Shown here piece after piece: positions 27,201 through 41,275 of a DNA stretch of 64,000 nucleotides. The position numbers and the translations under genes are program-made. Below the pieces are notes generated by a model that was not told where the DNA came from, ran no database searches, and saw nothing but the letters and a program-made list of their open reading frames with translations. The DNA lies in the NCBI GenBank assembly GCA_964016885.1, contig OZ024746.1, forward strand, positions 86,862,001 to 86,926,000, given 5' to 3'. Origin of the DNA: Eledone cirrhosa. Lineage: Eukaryota. How positions within the stretch are numbered: position 1 is the first letter of the stretch; every line of letters starts with the position of its first letter.

Positions 27201-27296
<96 letters not shown>
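27194..27296. repeat. (CA)n microsatellite
   Basis: Direct reading. Confidence 0.99.
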
Positions 27297-27299
<3 letters not shown>

Positions 27300-27399
27300 T
27301 ATATATATATATATATATTCATTGAGCCACACCGTGAAAGGTAGCCACACTCATATATGTATCTGTGACTATGTCTAAATATATACATATATCCCTATG

Positions 27400-27471
<72 letters not shown>

Positions 27472-27739
27472 TATTATATATATATATACATTTGCTATTC
27501 TGTCGATACAATAATTACACTGTTTTCATAGCTTAGGTTTCTGGCTGGGAGTGTATTACAATTAGTTCTATGTGTGTGCTCCAAACGAATTTGTTGAGGA
27601 CATTATAAACAACGAGAGCGAAATCATGGGACATACATCTATACACTGATTATTATAGGCAGGCACTGGGGTCGATTTAATCGACTTTCCCTTGCCCCCA
27701 AATTGCTGGCCTTGTGCCTATTTAAGAAACCATTATTAT

Positions 27740-28830
27740 AATTAACTCCAAAGATGTTTCCTTCAATTACAGTCGACTTTACAATATTGGTGAAATCAAG
27801 CTGCTATATTAAGCATTACCGCCAACCCCCAAAATTCGCCACTGCTGCTGTCTATTGCTGACCTACTAGCAGTTAATTCTACAGGTGGGATACCAGTTCC
27901 GATTTAAAAATGTGTATAAGGTCGATCTTCGGAAACCCCTCAGTAGACTGCTGGTCAATGAGAATTCCTTTGTTCGAGATTTGTTGGTTGTCGATTTATT
28001 ATTAATCGACTTCCGGTGGATTTTCCACGTAATTTGAAATAGTACTGTACCAGTTTAAATGTGGATTTTTGTAACTCAAAAAGAACAATAGTAGTCAAAA
28101 TTTAATGTCTGATTTCGTGGAAGGAGCTCATAATGTATAATACCTTTTCAGTCCCACCCGATACAGTGCATTACCTTTCTCGGATACTGTCCAGCTTTTG
28201 GAATGGTTGAAGGTCGTTCATTTCGTTTTTCTCCATTTTTAACACACTATATTGTTGTAAACAATTCGTCTCTCCTCATTCATGATCCTTTTGTTCAAAT
28301 ATAGTTTGTTATTGTTTCGTTTGAGAAGATAATCACAAAGGGAAATGCGTTCTATTAATTTTATTCCCTTTAAATTATGAGATACCCCAACATTATTGCG
28401 GTTCGCGTATCCGGGTGTCTTCAAATACAATGTAAAGTATATCTGTGATACACATCTTGAATTACCTCGATTATATTCTATCAACGATTACAGGCCTGCA
28501 CGAACATATACGGTCTTCGAGATCAACGTTTCTGGCTCAAAACATAGCGAAACACTTGCCAACTGTACTATCAGCTATGGCACCATCTCCATAAACAGAA
28601 GAAATCTTTCTCGATTTATGTGCAGCATGTTTTCCTTTTCGGAAATAAAAGAGCATCAAATAACAAGAATGCATCTCATTTATTTCCATATTAAATTTTA
28701 TGGGGGAAAAAATAGAAGGAAATAATCTGCAAACTATTCAAATAAAAAAATTCGTTGAGTTCTCAATTTTCAGAAAAATTATATATTTCATATTCTTCTG
28801 TAACACGAGCAACTAAATCATGTGACATAC
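27740..28830 (-). mobile_element. Decayed mariner (Tc1/mariner) transposase
   Basis: ORF 28239..28484: GVSHNLKGIKLIERISLCDYLLKRNNNKLYLNKRIMNEERRIVYNN corresponds to mariner WVPHEL...R...C..LL.R....FL.RIVTGDEKWI.YDN; boundaries approximate. Confidence 0.75.
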
Positions 28831-29084
28831 ACACACACACATACACACATATATATATAAGAGGGTGTTAAATTTTGCTTGAAGCATTGAGGAATATGAA
28901 AAATAGACGTTTAGAAATAGACGTGGAATAGAAAAATAGACAATGCTTTGGTGAGGCTTCCAAAACGATATTTTTCACACACACACACGCACGCACGCAC
29001 ACATACACAAACACACACACACGCGCACACACACACACATACACACACGCACACACGCGCACACGCAGACACACACACATACGC

Positions 29085-29154
<70 letters not shown>

Positions 29155-29222
29155 ACTCACATATATATCGAAATTTAATGTTAAAGAAAACAATACCAAA
29201 TTGTGGAACAGATATATTTAAT

Positions 29223-29347
29223 GGCTTACAATTGTTTCAAAAATCATATCAGAATCCAGAAACTACAGATGAAAATTATTTATTATATAATCGATAAGAG
29301 CAAATGATAATATAACGAAACAATGATATGATCTCATCTTCAGAGTC
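29223..29347 (-). ncRNA. Hammerhead ribozyme with long stem II
   Basis: Minus strand: gact CTGAAGA t-gagatcatatca...tgatatgatttt-t GAAAC aatt GTA agcc (12-bp stem II). Confidence 0.8.
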
Positions 29348-29899
29348 GAAAATAAAATAAATATAACATTCAAAAATACATGCCACTGAAGATAGGGACG
29401 ACAATAAATGTAAAATGTGAAGCATCCCATTCAACATATGAATGATGGAAGCAGAATTAGAATACATTTTAAATTCGAAGAATTTAACAGTTTAAAGAGA
29501 TGGTGGAGATATGAAACAGTAAATAATTGTTTTTACTTTTGGCACAAGGCCAATGAGGTTTATATAGCAAGGGGCATAAATATGATAAAAGGGAGACAAT
29601 TTGATAATTAATTAAAAATATGTGTTACTGGAATTACTAAGGAAATCTTTTTTTTTTAAAGGGAAGATAGATGGTAGTATTTTAATTAACGGTAGGATAA
29701 AAAATGAATATAGGTGTGAAAAGAAATAGCGTGCAACATTAATCAGGACGATTAATATAGTAGGAACCATTAAAAATAAAAAAAAGAAATTAGAGGGAGT
29801 GATGTATATTAAGATAATGGATATATATATATATATATATATATAACGGCGATGAATTAGTTTTGCGAGGTTTTTTATATGAAATCGTGTGTCGAAACA

Positions 29900-30030
29900 A
29901 ATATTGTTATACTTGGGGAGGGTCATATTTGTGTAATATTGCCAGAATTAATAACAGAACACACTCACTGTTTGGGTGGTTTTCGCTTTTCGCTTCTGTG
30001 TCTTTTATATCGGTAATCTAATTTATTCGG
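29900..30030 (+). repeat. Dispersed TA-associated repeat (minus-strand copy at 59245-59370, fragment at 40388-40412)
   Basis: ttgttatacttggggagggtcatatttgtgtaatattgccagaattaataacagaacacactca shared between loci. Confidence 0.8.
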
Positions 30031-30429
30031 TCCTCAATGTTGCCATTGACTGACCGGCGGTCAAAAATAATACAGATACAATATAGACACAAACACATAT
30101 ATATAGTTTATCAGAGTTTTTTCGTTGCACATCTGCAACATCGTCAGTGGTGCTATTGTTTCCTGCCGTTGCATTGTATGTCTACGCCATTTTTATTTAG
30201 TCTGTCTATATATTTATTTATTTATTTGTTTGTTTGTTCATTTTATTTTGTCTTCTTTGCGCATGCGTTTGCGTGTGTGTATAGTGTTTTGTTTGATGTG
30301 TGTTCGTGATTTGGTGACTAGTGTGTGTTTATATGTGTTTGTTGTTATTGTGCTTGTGCATGTATTTATTTATATATTTATATATTTATTTATTTATTCA
30401 TACTACTCTTAGGTCAGTGTTGTTTGTTT

Positions 30430-31570
30430 GGGTGTTGTTGTTATTCCATTCATTCTTTCTGTTTAGTCTTGGCCTTCTAAGTTCTATTTCACTGGCCTCT
30501 CTGATTTGCCTATCTGCTGGGTCATTTCTATGTTTAGATATTATTCTAATTTCTATGTTGTCTATGTTACCGTCGTGTTGTTGTCTGGCATGTTCGTATA
30601 GTACTGACCCGTTTTTTCGTCGTTTAGTTCCCCCAGTGTTGGTCTATCCTTTCACCTATGCTACGAGCTGTCTCGTCTATGTATGTTGTTGTCATGTTTC
30701 TGCAAGTACCCTCTGTACATCTTATGCTATAGACTACGTTTCTAGTTTTACAGTTTATCCGGGCGTTTACCTTACATATGATACATTCCCTATTAGTACA
30801 GTAGGTTTTCTTAAAAGGGTAGATTTTGCTGATCAGGGATTGTATGGTGGTTCCTGGCATTTCTACCACCTTAATCTTTAAGTGGGTCTTTCTCAGGGCC
30901 TTTCTACACTGATTAGCTAATTTCCCTCCAGGGGCAGCGTCCACAAAGATGACACTCTGGTATCTCTGGTTGTCGTACCATGAGGTGGCTTTCCCTATCT
31001 TATGTCTAGCCCTATCTAAGCTATTCCGTGATTTGCTCCTGTATAATGGGCAAATTCCTTTCATGTCCAGTTCTATGAGGGTCTTATACTTCTCCATGGC
31101 TCCTTCGTATACTCTGACTCTGTCTCTTTGGTTGTAGCCAGAGAACTGCATGCGGTTGATGAAGTGTTGGATGTGTCTTTCCATTTCTGTTGGGTCGCAC
31201 ATGCGGGACACATTCTTCATCACTCATACCAAATCTGCGATCAGAATATTAAACTTAGCACTACTGGACATTGCTGAGTTTTTGAGTATCAGGTATTTGG
31301 AGACCATGGGTTTAGCATAGTGTGAGTGGAGAATTTGGGCTCTCTCGTCTATAGTGTTAATCCAGAGTTCCGTGTCTAATACAGGTAGTCTATTGTTAGG
31401 GTGTTTGGAAGGGATTAATTCATTTTTTATGTTTAGCCTTAGCCTTCTAAGTTCTATTTCGCTGGCGTCTCTGATTTGCCTATCTGCTGGGTCATTTCTA
31501 TGTTTAGATATTATTCTAATTTCTATGTTGTCTATGTTACGTTGTGTTGTTGTCTGGCATGTTCAGTACT
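30430..31570 (-). mobile_element. Penelope-like element relic (RT thumb, linker, GIY-YIG), Naiad-like, with upstream partial tandem copy of its 3' end
   Basis: LPVLDTELWI..HSHYAKPMVSKYLILKNSAMSSSAKFNILIADLV*VMKNVS; CTNRECIICK...NCKTRNVVYSIRCTEGTC...YIDETARSIGERIDQH; 30446-30602 duplicated at 31415-31570. Confidence 0.85.
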
Positions 31571-31585
31571 ATACGAACACATGTA

Positions 31586-31647
31586 TTTTATCTGACGAGG
31601 AGGTACTGAAAAAACAACCACGTACCTTCAAGAAATATATAATAAAA
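31586..31647 (+). ncRNA. Hammerhead ribozyme (2-nt insertion before GAAA)
   Basis: ttttat CTGACGA ggaggtac...gtaccttc aa GAAA tat ATA ataaaa. Confidence 0.7.
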
Positions 31648-31692
31648 CATATATTTTGATTATGTGAATGTCTTCATTTATTAATATTTTGA

Positions 31693-31797
<105 letters not shown>

Positions 31798-32464
31798 AAT
31801 AAATATATATATTTGACAACATTTTCTTATTTAAGATTGTACTCACATTACCAGATAATGTAACGTATTTGATCTGTAACTTGATTCTCCGCAGAGGCTC
31901 ACTGGAACGTCACTTAAGCTGAACAGAAGATGGTCCATAATATATTCATATATGTTTGCTTCTTTATAAACGTGTGATGTTTGTTACAGGTTAAAATGAA
32001 CATATATATGCTACATCAGCAACTTATCTGATCAAACAGAAGAAAATCGAATGTTAATAACACTTTGATTCCTGACATTCAAATTAGCTGTACATCGAAA
32101 ATAATTTCCGGTTATATATCTTTCCATAAATTTCCTTATTGCAAATTATTGCCTAGTTATATCGCTATGTGAATTTCCGGTTAATGAATAATCGTATATG
32201 AGTAGGATTCCATACGTTTTGAAGTGAGTTCCTAATTATTGATTCATTCACATCCATATCAAATGTAGTATCTTGTACGGATAAGGATATAATTTAGAAA
32301 ATGATGGTATTGTTCAGGTTCTTTGATATCACGAAAGTGTTTATTCATTTCTAATAGAGACTGTATATTTCGGAATCTTTAATGGTATATCTGCTTTCAT
32401 CGTTTCTGTCTTATTTCGTAATGAATTGGAGTCCGAATGAAACTACGTAGATCACACTGAACAA

Positions 32465-32566
32465 GTACAGCTTCAAAGATAATTTCTTTAAAGATTACTG
32501 ATCTAACGATCACTGTTCCAAAGATTACTGCTTCAAAGATTACTGAACCAGAGATTAAAGATCCCA
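32465..32566. repeat. 15-bp periodic minisatellite (aaagattactgnnnn)
   Basis: Six to seven degenerate units; explains the pentapeptide-like ORF 32397..32612. Confidence 0.7.
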
Positions 32567-33046
32567 CATTTATGCCAATAAGTTTTTGCCTTTTCTTATC
32601 ATCATAAAACATGTGACAACGAAGCTAGATCTTAAAGTTTGTTAATTACAACCGTGCTTAATTTATTAAAGTCAATATATGGTTACATGCAAGATACAAA
32701 ATAAGATAGTGGTAATATATTACTCGACATTACTAATGAAGGATGATTCGCATCAGGATTAATTTAAAGATATTTATTAGTTTTCGGTCTACTTTCAATG
32801 GATTTAAATTCAAATATCAATCCATTCTATATCTATATGGGGTTACTACTATACTAGGACCTTTAAGATGTGTCAAATATGACAATTTGCAGTTTGATTT
32901 ACATTATTACATTAGAAGATTAAACGCTTAAATAATAACTTAAGGTCTCTAGTAACGCCCTACGAAAATGTGCGAATTACGTTCTGTCGGTTTTCAATGT
33001 GAATAAAAAGAGCGGCCCACTATACTTTCCCGGCAATGATTAATAT

Positions 33047-33820
33047 AAATAATTGTTTCTACATTTGGCACAAGGCCAGCACTTACCCAGTACATTACTG
33101 GTACTTTATTTTATCGACCCTGTGACGTAAAAAGGCAAAGGTAACGGTGGCGGGATTTGAACACAGAATGACAAGGGCCGTAAGTCTATGCGTCAAAACA
33201 TGGCGTCGACACCCTCTACCGTTACTGCGAATCCAACGCCTCTTACTATAAATAATTGTTTCTACTTTTGGCACAAGATCAGCAATTATCCCAGTGCATT
33301 ACTGGTACTTTATTTTATCGACCCCGTAAGGATGAAAGGCAAGGTTAACCTCGGCGGGATTTGAACTCAGAATGGCAAGGGCCCTAACTCTATGCGTCAA
33401 AGCATAGATACTGCCAATCCAATGGAATCTAATATAGGCAAAGGATCAACAGTTTCCATGCGATATAATTCCCAATTACATCGAGCCTAGTACTTTATTG
33501 GTACATTGATTTATCGAGCTTGAATATAGGCAGTATAAAATAAATTTGCTTCCTGTTGACATTTAGTCATGACAATAATTATAATGATAATAATAATAAT
33601 AATAATAATGGATTTTTAAATAGGCAAAAGGCCAGCAATTTTTTGGGAGGGGTAAGTCGAATAAATCGACCCAGTACGTGACTGGTACTTTATTTTATCG
33701 ACCCCGTAAGGATGAAAGTCATACTTAACCTCAGCGGGATTTGAACTCAGACCGTAAAGGACCATAATTTTATACTGCAATGCATATTGCCTTACGCTCT
33801 GTTGATACTGCCAATCCACC
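33047..33820 (-). mobile_element. Cluster of SINE S1 copies (33047-33240, 33250-33420, 33620-33820)
   Basis: S1 consensus blocks. Confidence 0.9.
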
Positions 33821-34227
33821 ACAATAATAATGACAATAACAATAAACATATCAACCTAATCAAAGCTAAATTAAACAACATAAGTAATTTTGTTAAATGA
33901 GAAAATTTTATATTTAAATATTCTGTGTTTATTATTTATGATGAAATTAGTTTACAAAATTCTGAATTATTTTAAAGAAAAGTTATATATTTTTTGAAAG
34001 AATTAATTCGACGCGGTGAATAGATCCTGTTGAATATTTAATGTAATCTACATTTAAAACTGTTTATGATTTTATTGCCATTAATAAAAAATAAACTTAA
34101 CCAAAAACAACATTCTGAATTTTGTCAGAATCATAATTAATGACTGTGACTTCTTCCGCTTTACTGTAACATTGATATATAAAAACCAAGATAATTATGT
34201 ATCCAACCTTCCATAATTATATAAGTA

Positions 34228-34279
<52 letters not shown>

Positions 34280-34420
34280 CACATGTATATATGTACATAT
34301 ACATATATATATATACTGTATATAAATATTATATATATAAATGTGTATGTGTGTAAAAGACATGAATCGCATACACCATTCACTGTAAAGTATCAAGTAC
34401 GCACAAAAATATAAATATAA

Positions 34421-34612
<192 letters not shown>

Positions 34613-35294
34613 CTCTCTATATATATATTATATTTCACATAGAACATGAATAGTTTCAATAAATTACAGTGGAAATTTACATTATATATTAATTCGGCTT
34701 TATTAATGTCATAATTTACAATTGAAATTAGGAATGAAATTAGATTAAAACCTTTTGTTAATTAATTCATGAAACGATTTTATTTTTTTACTATATGTCC
34801 AATTTAAACATTACGTTGATTAGATAACGAACATATTTCAATAATAAGAGTGAAATGGAGCACAAAATGCTATAATTTTGATAACGGATGTATTTTATTG
34901 GTTAATATGTCGTTTAATGAATAAGCAATTCTATTAAATATAATTTAACACAAAATCTCAGAAAAGAGCACAATATTATGGGTTCACTGATCATACATAC
35001 ATTTGTTAATGTTTTGTAGATTCCTAACGCAGATCTATAATTAATCACGTTGGCTGACCAAGCAGAAGAGAGTATAATGCGTTATGTAGGGAATGTAAAT
35101 GATAAATGTTAAGAGTATCTTTCTATTGACTCGTATTATATTCCGGGTAGAAATTTAAATATAAAGTTATTACTGCAAGTGCCAGTTCAAATTTCATCTT
35201 ACATTTAGACCTGTCTTTTCTGACCCTGACATCTCTTATCGATTGCTATTAGTTTCAACTGGCAGTATATATAGAGCGTCGCACACCCTATTTT

Positions 35295-35410
35295 GTAGCA
35301 TAGAGTTACCACTCTTTACGTTCTAAGTTAGAATCTTGCAGAGGTTACCTTTGCCTTTCATCCTTACTGGGTCGATAAAATAAAGAACCAGTCATACACT
35401 GGGGTGGATT
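35295..35410 (+). mobile_element. SINE S1, diverged
   Basis: gcatagagttacc...ggttacctttgcctttcatccttactgggtcgataaaataaag. Confidence 0.8.
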
Positions 35411-35824
35411 TCATGACATTTCCCCTCTGCCTAAATCAGGAAGCATTACATTCAACATATCAAGGCTGATCGGGTCACTCCTAAATAATTTTCCCCAACA
35501 CTATCCTATATATCACTCTTTTCTCAATGTCCAGCAGAACAGGGTCCTTAAAACCAAATCTATCCTATCAGCTTTGCCGTGTCACACTAATTTGAGTTTA
35601 TCTTCACTGTTGTTAAGCCAATGCGTTCCAGTCACGTACTGAAAAAAAATTCAACAGACTATACACGAAATAGTCCATTCAAACATATCATTTCATTTTA
35701 AGATTTATGGCAAGATTTATCATTTTAATTCACGCAGTGCTAAACAAGTGCTAACATTAATATTTTGTGAAGAAATACATTCATAGATACTTGAGGTGGC
35801 CTTACTCAGTCCTAAATATAGTAT

Positions 35825-36010
35825 TTTTATACTTTTGGCACAAGGCCACCGATTACCCCAGTGCATTACTGCTACTTTATTTTATCGACCTCGTAAGGAC
35901 GAAAGGTAAAGATAACCTCGGCGGATTTGAACTCATAACGCCAAGGGCCATAACTTTATGCTGCAAAGCATGGTGTCTGACACTTTACCGATACTGCCAA
36001 ACTACTGCCC
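35825..36010 (-). mobile_element. SINE S1
   Basis: ttttggcacaaggcc...ttttatcgacctcgtaaggacgaaagg...ccgatactgccaa. Confidence 0.85.
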
Positions 36011-36555
36011 TAATTATAGTATTAATGGAAATTAAGGCTCATAATTTTCAAAAATGTATTAACTGCTAATTTAACGGTATGAGAATATAAACAGACACAC
36101 ATACACTCCCACAAACATACACTTATAAAAAAATACACGCAGACATACATTCATACAAACACACGCATAGAGTTTCACCCACAGACAGACACACGTACAC
36201 TCACACAAACTTATTAAAAAACACACACAAAGCATTTAAAAAAAAGCGAAAACAACAATAAAACAAACAAACCATTATTCATACAATATAGGTACATTAC
36301 CAAGGGGCATCTTGATTCTCCACACAGTACCTAATCTATAATATATAGCTGAAGGGTCTGACAGAATACATTGGGATATTATTTGTGGGGGGAAGAGTTG
36401 AATTACATAGGTTTCAATAATATTTTAGTCGATTAAATCAATTAACACCCTCATTCTCCCTGTCCTGAAAGGTTGTGATTGTATGACAGAATTATGTACA
36501 ACTATTTGAAGTTGCTTTTGTTGTTGACAACCAAATCAGTCTTAAATTATTTAGT

Positions 36556-37604
36556 ACTAGCTGAATGACCGGTTACTGAATGCCTGGTTACTGCTGTTCT
36601 TATTCAGATTAGAAAACAATAAATATGAAGACATATTTTTTGTCATAATTATTTCAAAATATCTATATTTTATGAAAAAATATGAAAATTGTAATGATAA
36701 AAGAATTTCAAAATGAAAATATGTCAATTTTGAAGCACCTCAGTGTAAGAATTATTCATTATGTAACTTTTTGTTGGAGGTCCAAATGAATAAATTGTTG
36801 CTGACTCCAGCTCATGAGCAACTAATATAGAGTTGACCGAGGGAGAAGCATCTAGTAGAGAGATCCAATCCAATTATCTTGAGGGATTGAACCTGAAATT
36901 TGTTAATTGAAATAACAAAACTTAGTTTGACTGGGAACTGAAGCCTCTTAAATTTAGGGTTCACCCACGAACAAACATACATACACTCACACAAACATAC
37001 ACTTATAAAAACACACACAGGCATACATTCATACAAACACACACATATCGTTTCAACCACGAACAGACACACGTACACTCATACAAACTTATAAAATACA
37101 CTCAGCCATATATTCATACAAACACACACAAAGTTTCAACCCAAATGTTTCGTTATGTCAGTCGTCACAGTAATGTATGTATACTCACACACACGTACAC
37201 TCTCACATACTTTCACACACATATGTAAATATATGTGTAGATATGTATGTGTGTGTTTAATTCTCTGTGTATTTGATTAAATATTTACGTGAAGATTTGT
37301 GTATTATCTAACTAAGGCTTAACGTACGTAACAAACGCGCAAAAACACACACTCTCACTGCCACATACACACTCATATACACAATGTAACGTAGTCGTCG
37401 TTATATTATAAAATGTCCATTTACTTATAATTGACTGTAGTATATTATTTTAGATAAAATGTTATATTGTTTTAATCCAAATGAAAATACAAATTACATG
37501 TTGTTAATCTCGTAAAATTTGATTTTATTTTGTCGAGCCATTTTAGAATGCATAAGGAAAAGAAAGACTGACAGACAGAGAAAGAATTTTATATATAGTG
37601 AGAT
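36556..37604. mobile_element. Non-autonomous Helitron/Helentron-type element carrying a PIF1-helicase C-terminal fragment (36790-36960, minus)
   Basis: FKRLQFPVKLSFVISINKFQVQSLKIIGLDLSTRCFSLGQLYISCS matches Helitron helicase motifs V/VI; ends tactagctgaatgaccgg and gactgacagacagagaaagaattttatatatag resemble HINE/DINE-like termini. Confidence 0.7.
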
Positions 37605-39093
37605 ATGGTGAAATGCATTTTCTTCGAAATAATCACAAGCACAATGCATTTAGAACAATATTATTGAACGAGCCTCCTTTTCTAACGCAGTATAATGTGA
37701 TATGAAACATATATGGCAGCACGTTCTAGCAGGTCGATTGCCCACAAGAGGACTCCTCATAATAGTTTGAAGATAGAATATTTGCAACTCGTCTCTTTCA
37801 TAAGAACCATAAGCTACCACGAACCTTTATAGTTTTTGTATAATTGCTATACAACCAAATATTTGTCACTTGCTTGTCTCAGATAAACCAACTTACGTCT
37901 GCTTCCCATTAATTTTCTGTTCTGTATTTGGTTTTATTTGGTTAATGATTTTGTGACAGCCAGTATTATATGTCTTGGCAATGGCAACTGAGAGGCACCG
38001 GCAGCATTATACACATTGTCGACTGAACCAGCTGCATTTCTTTGTATTGGAGAAAGAGTGGGTGCTGTCGAGGTAGAGAATTCAAGTCCTAAGATACACA
38101 ATATAAAAGACTTGCATTCATGAATTCCGAAGAAAGAGTAAACACACTAGTATTTGATTATCTAGGAAAGTATAAGATTGCGTCTTTAGAATAAACCTTA
38201 CAGTTTTGTCATTAATAATAAAGAAAAACGAGATTGTAAGAATGGCCTCAAGGCTATAGTACCAAATTAACCATTCTCCTCTGTCAAGAACGAATCAACT
38301 TTGTTGAACGGGTGAAAATATATTTTCTTTAAATAATTAAATGTGTTTCAATGTGAAATGCCTTCGGCCATAGCGCTTATAGTATTGACCATTACCTTTC
38401 CAATTGAATTCCAAGTATTTTCCTTTTATTCTTCTCTCTATCTATTGACCTATCTACCTTAATGTACTCTCTTTTCTATCGATTTATCTCTCTCTTTTTC
38501 TTAGTATATATTTATATATATATATATATATATGTTTGTGTGTGTGTATTTCTCTCTATCTTTGAATGTGGGTGTACGTGTGTGTAGGTTATATACACAA
38601 TACATGAAAATAACAAAAATTGACAAGCGGCAAGATCGATCTCTGCTAAAATACACATGTTATCAAATTCAATTACCCTGATATATACTGATATATACAA
38701 GACAGGATGCTAATGCAATATTCATCCACACAACCATGTAAGATAATTGTGTTTGCATGAATGTTACTAATACGTCAATATACTCTATCACCGAAGCCTT
38801 CAATGTATTATTTCCTACAAAAGCAATAGTAGCTAGGGGGCTATCGTAAGTTGAATACAGATACCAAAGAAAAAAATCTAAATAACATCGAGAAATAACA
38901 GGCTATAAAATGAGGGCATTCAAAACCCCGTGCATAATTAACTGTATTCCCCGTATAGATTTTAGTTAGTACCAATACGGATAGAAAGGATAAAGCTATA
39001 CTGTCCAAGTAAGTAGTACGTATATTTTATACACACTTAAGTTTGAACGGTTTCAGTTAAATTTTGGTACCTCAGCTTGGTGTATACATGCAC

Positions 39094-39167
<74 letters not shown>

Positions 39168-39173
<6 letters not shown>

Positions 39174-39823
39174 TAAAGTATCTCCATAGAATCATTTGAT
39201 AATATATATATACCATTTCCTCTCCCAATTAGCATAATTAACCACACATAAAATCAATTAGACCAGGCTATAAGATTAAAGGCTCATATGAAGAAATATT
39301 TGATAAATAAACGACTTTGTTTAGTTTGTGTATATGTAAATCTTTATATTTAATAATGTTTCCTGACGAGTTCGAAACTCGAGATTTTATCCTTAATAGG
39401 ATATCTCAAAGCGAACGAAACCCAAGGGTAGAGACATAATCATGGTAAGAGTGTACGCATTTCTTCTAACTTTAATTTTATACCTAATTGTGTATGGTTG
39501 ACGATATATTTAGTCGATTTCTACATGCTGTTGAAATGTTGGGTAAATATTCTATTGCGGTCGGCCGGGAAGAGGCTACTGGCGTTTATTTATCAAATAT
39601 TTCTTCATAGGAGCCCCTGGTCTAATTGATTCTTTTGTCTAATTGATTTTTTTTAATGCTAATTGGCAGAGGAAATGGTGTATATATATTATCAATGATT
39701 CTATGGACATACTTTATGATATATTGCTCTGATTATTTAATTTATTAATTCTTCATTGAGCCACATCGTGAATGGTTGCCACATATATATCTGTGACTTT
39801 GTTTAGTTTGTGTATATGTAAAT

Positions 39824-39830
<7 letters not shown>
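39168..39830 (+). mobile_element. HHR-bearing ~482-nt monomer with terminal direct repeat and 5' inverted segment, flanked by (TA)n
   Basis: gactttgtttagtttgtgtatatgtaaatctttata at 39313 and 39795; 39168-39313 is an inverted copy of 39583-39724. Confidence 0.85.
39356..39437 (+). ncRNA. Canonical hammerhead ribozyme
   Basis: Stem I atgtttc/gagacat (7 bp), CTGACGA, stem II gttcg/cgaac with inner hairpin tatcct-taat-aggata, GAAAC-cc-aa-gg-GTA. Confidence 0.9.
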
Positions 39831-39871
<41 letters not shown>

Positions 39872-39926
39872 GAGCGGAGCAAGCAATTATCAAACAATCT
39901 TTTAAATGAATTAAAAAATTATTTAA

Positions 39927-40005
<79 letters not shown>

Positions 40006-40090
40006 TAACAGATTTATACGGTTGTTATATATTTGATATATATTTATCCTTATCGAGCTCTCTTTGGATTTTAGTCTTCAAATTTATTAT

Positions 40091-40157
<67 letters not shown>

Positions 40158-40286
40158 TACATAGATATCTACATATAAATAAATAAATATATATATATAT
40201 ATTTATTATATGTAGATATATATGTATGTATCTCTCTCTCCCCCTCTCTCTGTCTCTCTCTCTCTCTATTTCTCTCTCTCTCTCTG

Positions 40287-40379
<93 letters not shown>

Positions 40380-40846
40380 TATATTTATTGTTATACTTTG
40401 GGAGGGTCATGTTGCCAATAAAGAATCTTGTTAAACAAATTCAGAAACGATATATATATTTATATACAAATATATATAGTTCAGTATAATATACTTGCTA
40501 TTGAAATCTGCTAGAGTGAATGAGTACTCAATGCTATTGTAGAAATCGATTTATCCAAGTGAAATCAGAGTCACATTTTTCTGATTATTTATAGCCTGAA
40601 TCCAAAGGTCAATATCCTAGGAAACCTGATTGACCTTGATAAATAAAGATATAAACACATATAGATACAAATACTCATACAAACGGACACAATAAGTACG
40701 ATATCCCCTGGCCTCATGAAGTGAATGATTGTCTAATAATTCAGATTTGATGGATATTATATGAATTTTATACACACACTCTCTCACACACACACACACC
40801 GACCCCCCCACACACACGCACACACACACGCACACACACACACACG

Positions 40847-40878
<32 letters not shown>

Positions 40879-40880
<2 letters not shown>

Positions 40881-41106
40881 GGAAAAAGTCAGGACCACGA
40901 CGGCTGAGCTCCGGCCGTTTCGACAGCTAGATCCGAACTAAACCAGTAGTATTCTGAATAATACTGGATTTGTTCTGATCTAGCTGTCGAAACGGCTGGA
41001 AGTTCAGCCGTTGAGGTCCTGACCTTTTTCCTATTACCCACTCTACTACCACAAGTATCGAGTACTCTCGTGCGTTATGGTCCACCTGGTTCCTTATCAC
41101 ACTTTG

Positions 41107-41180
<74 letters not shown>

Positions 41181-41275
41181 CAAAGAGGGTGTGGTAAGAT
41201 ACCAGGTGTAACATGACGCACCAGAGTACTCAATACTTAGGGTAGTAGAGTGGGTAATAGGAAAAGAGTCAGGAT
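40879..41275. mobile_element. Family-B copies: fold-back 40879-41108 and an opposite-facing tail 41180-41275 across (TA)n
   Basis: Imperfect palindrome 40879-41033 centred on the HHR stem II loop; tails converge on the TA array 41108-41178. Confidence 0.85.

Noticed and set aside
31224-31229. In-frame TGA in the Naiad-like PLE as selenocysteine
   Set aside because: Falls at an expected Arg position (CGA>TGA decay), not a Cys position, in an otherwise broken ORF
32397-32612. Pentapeptide-repeat protein
   Set aside because: 15-bp minisatellite with no start or splice context
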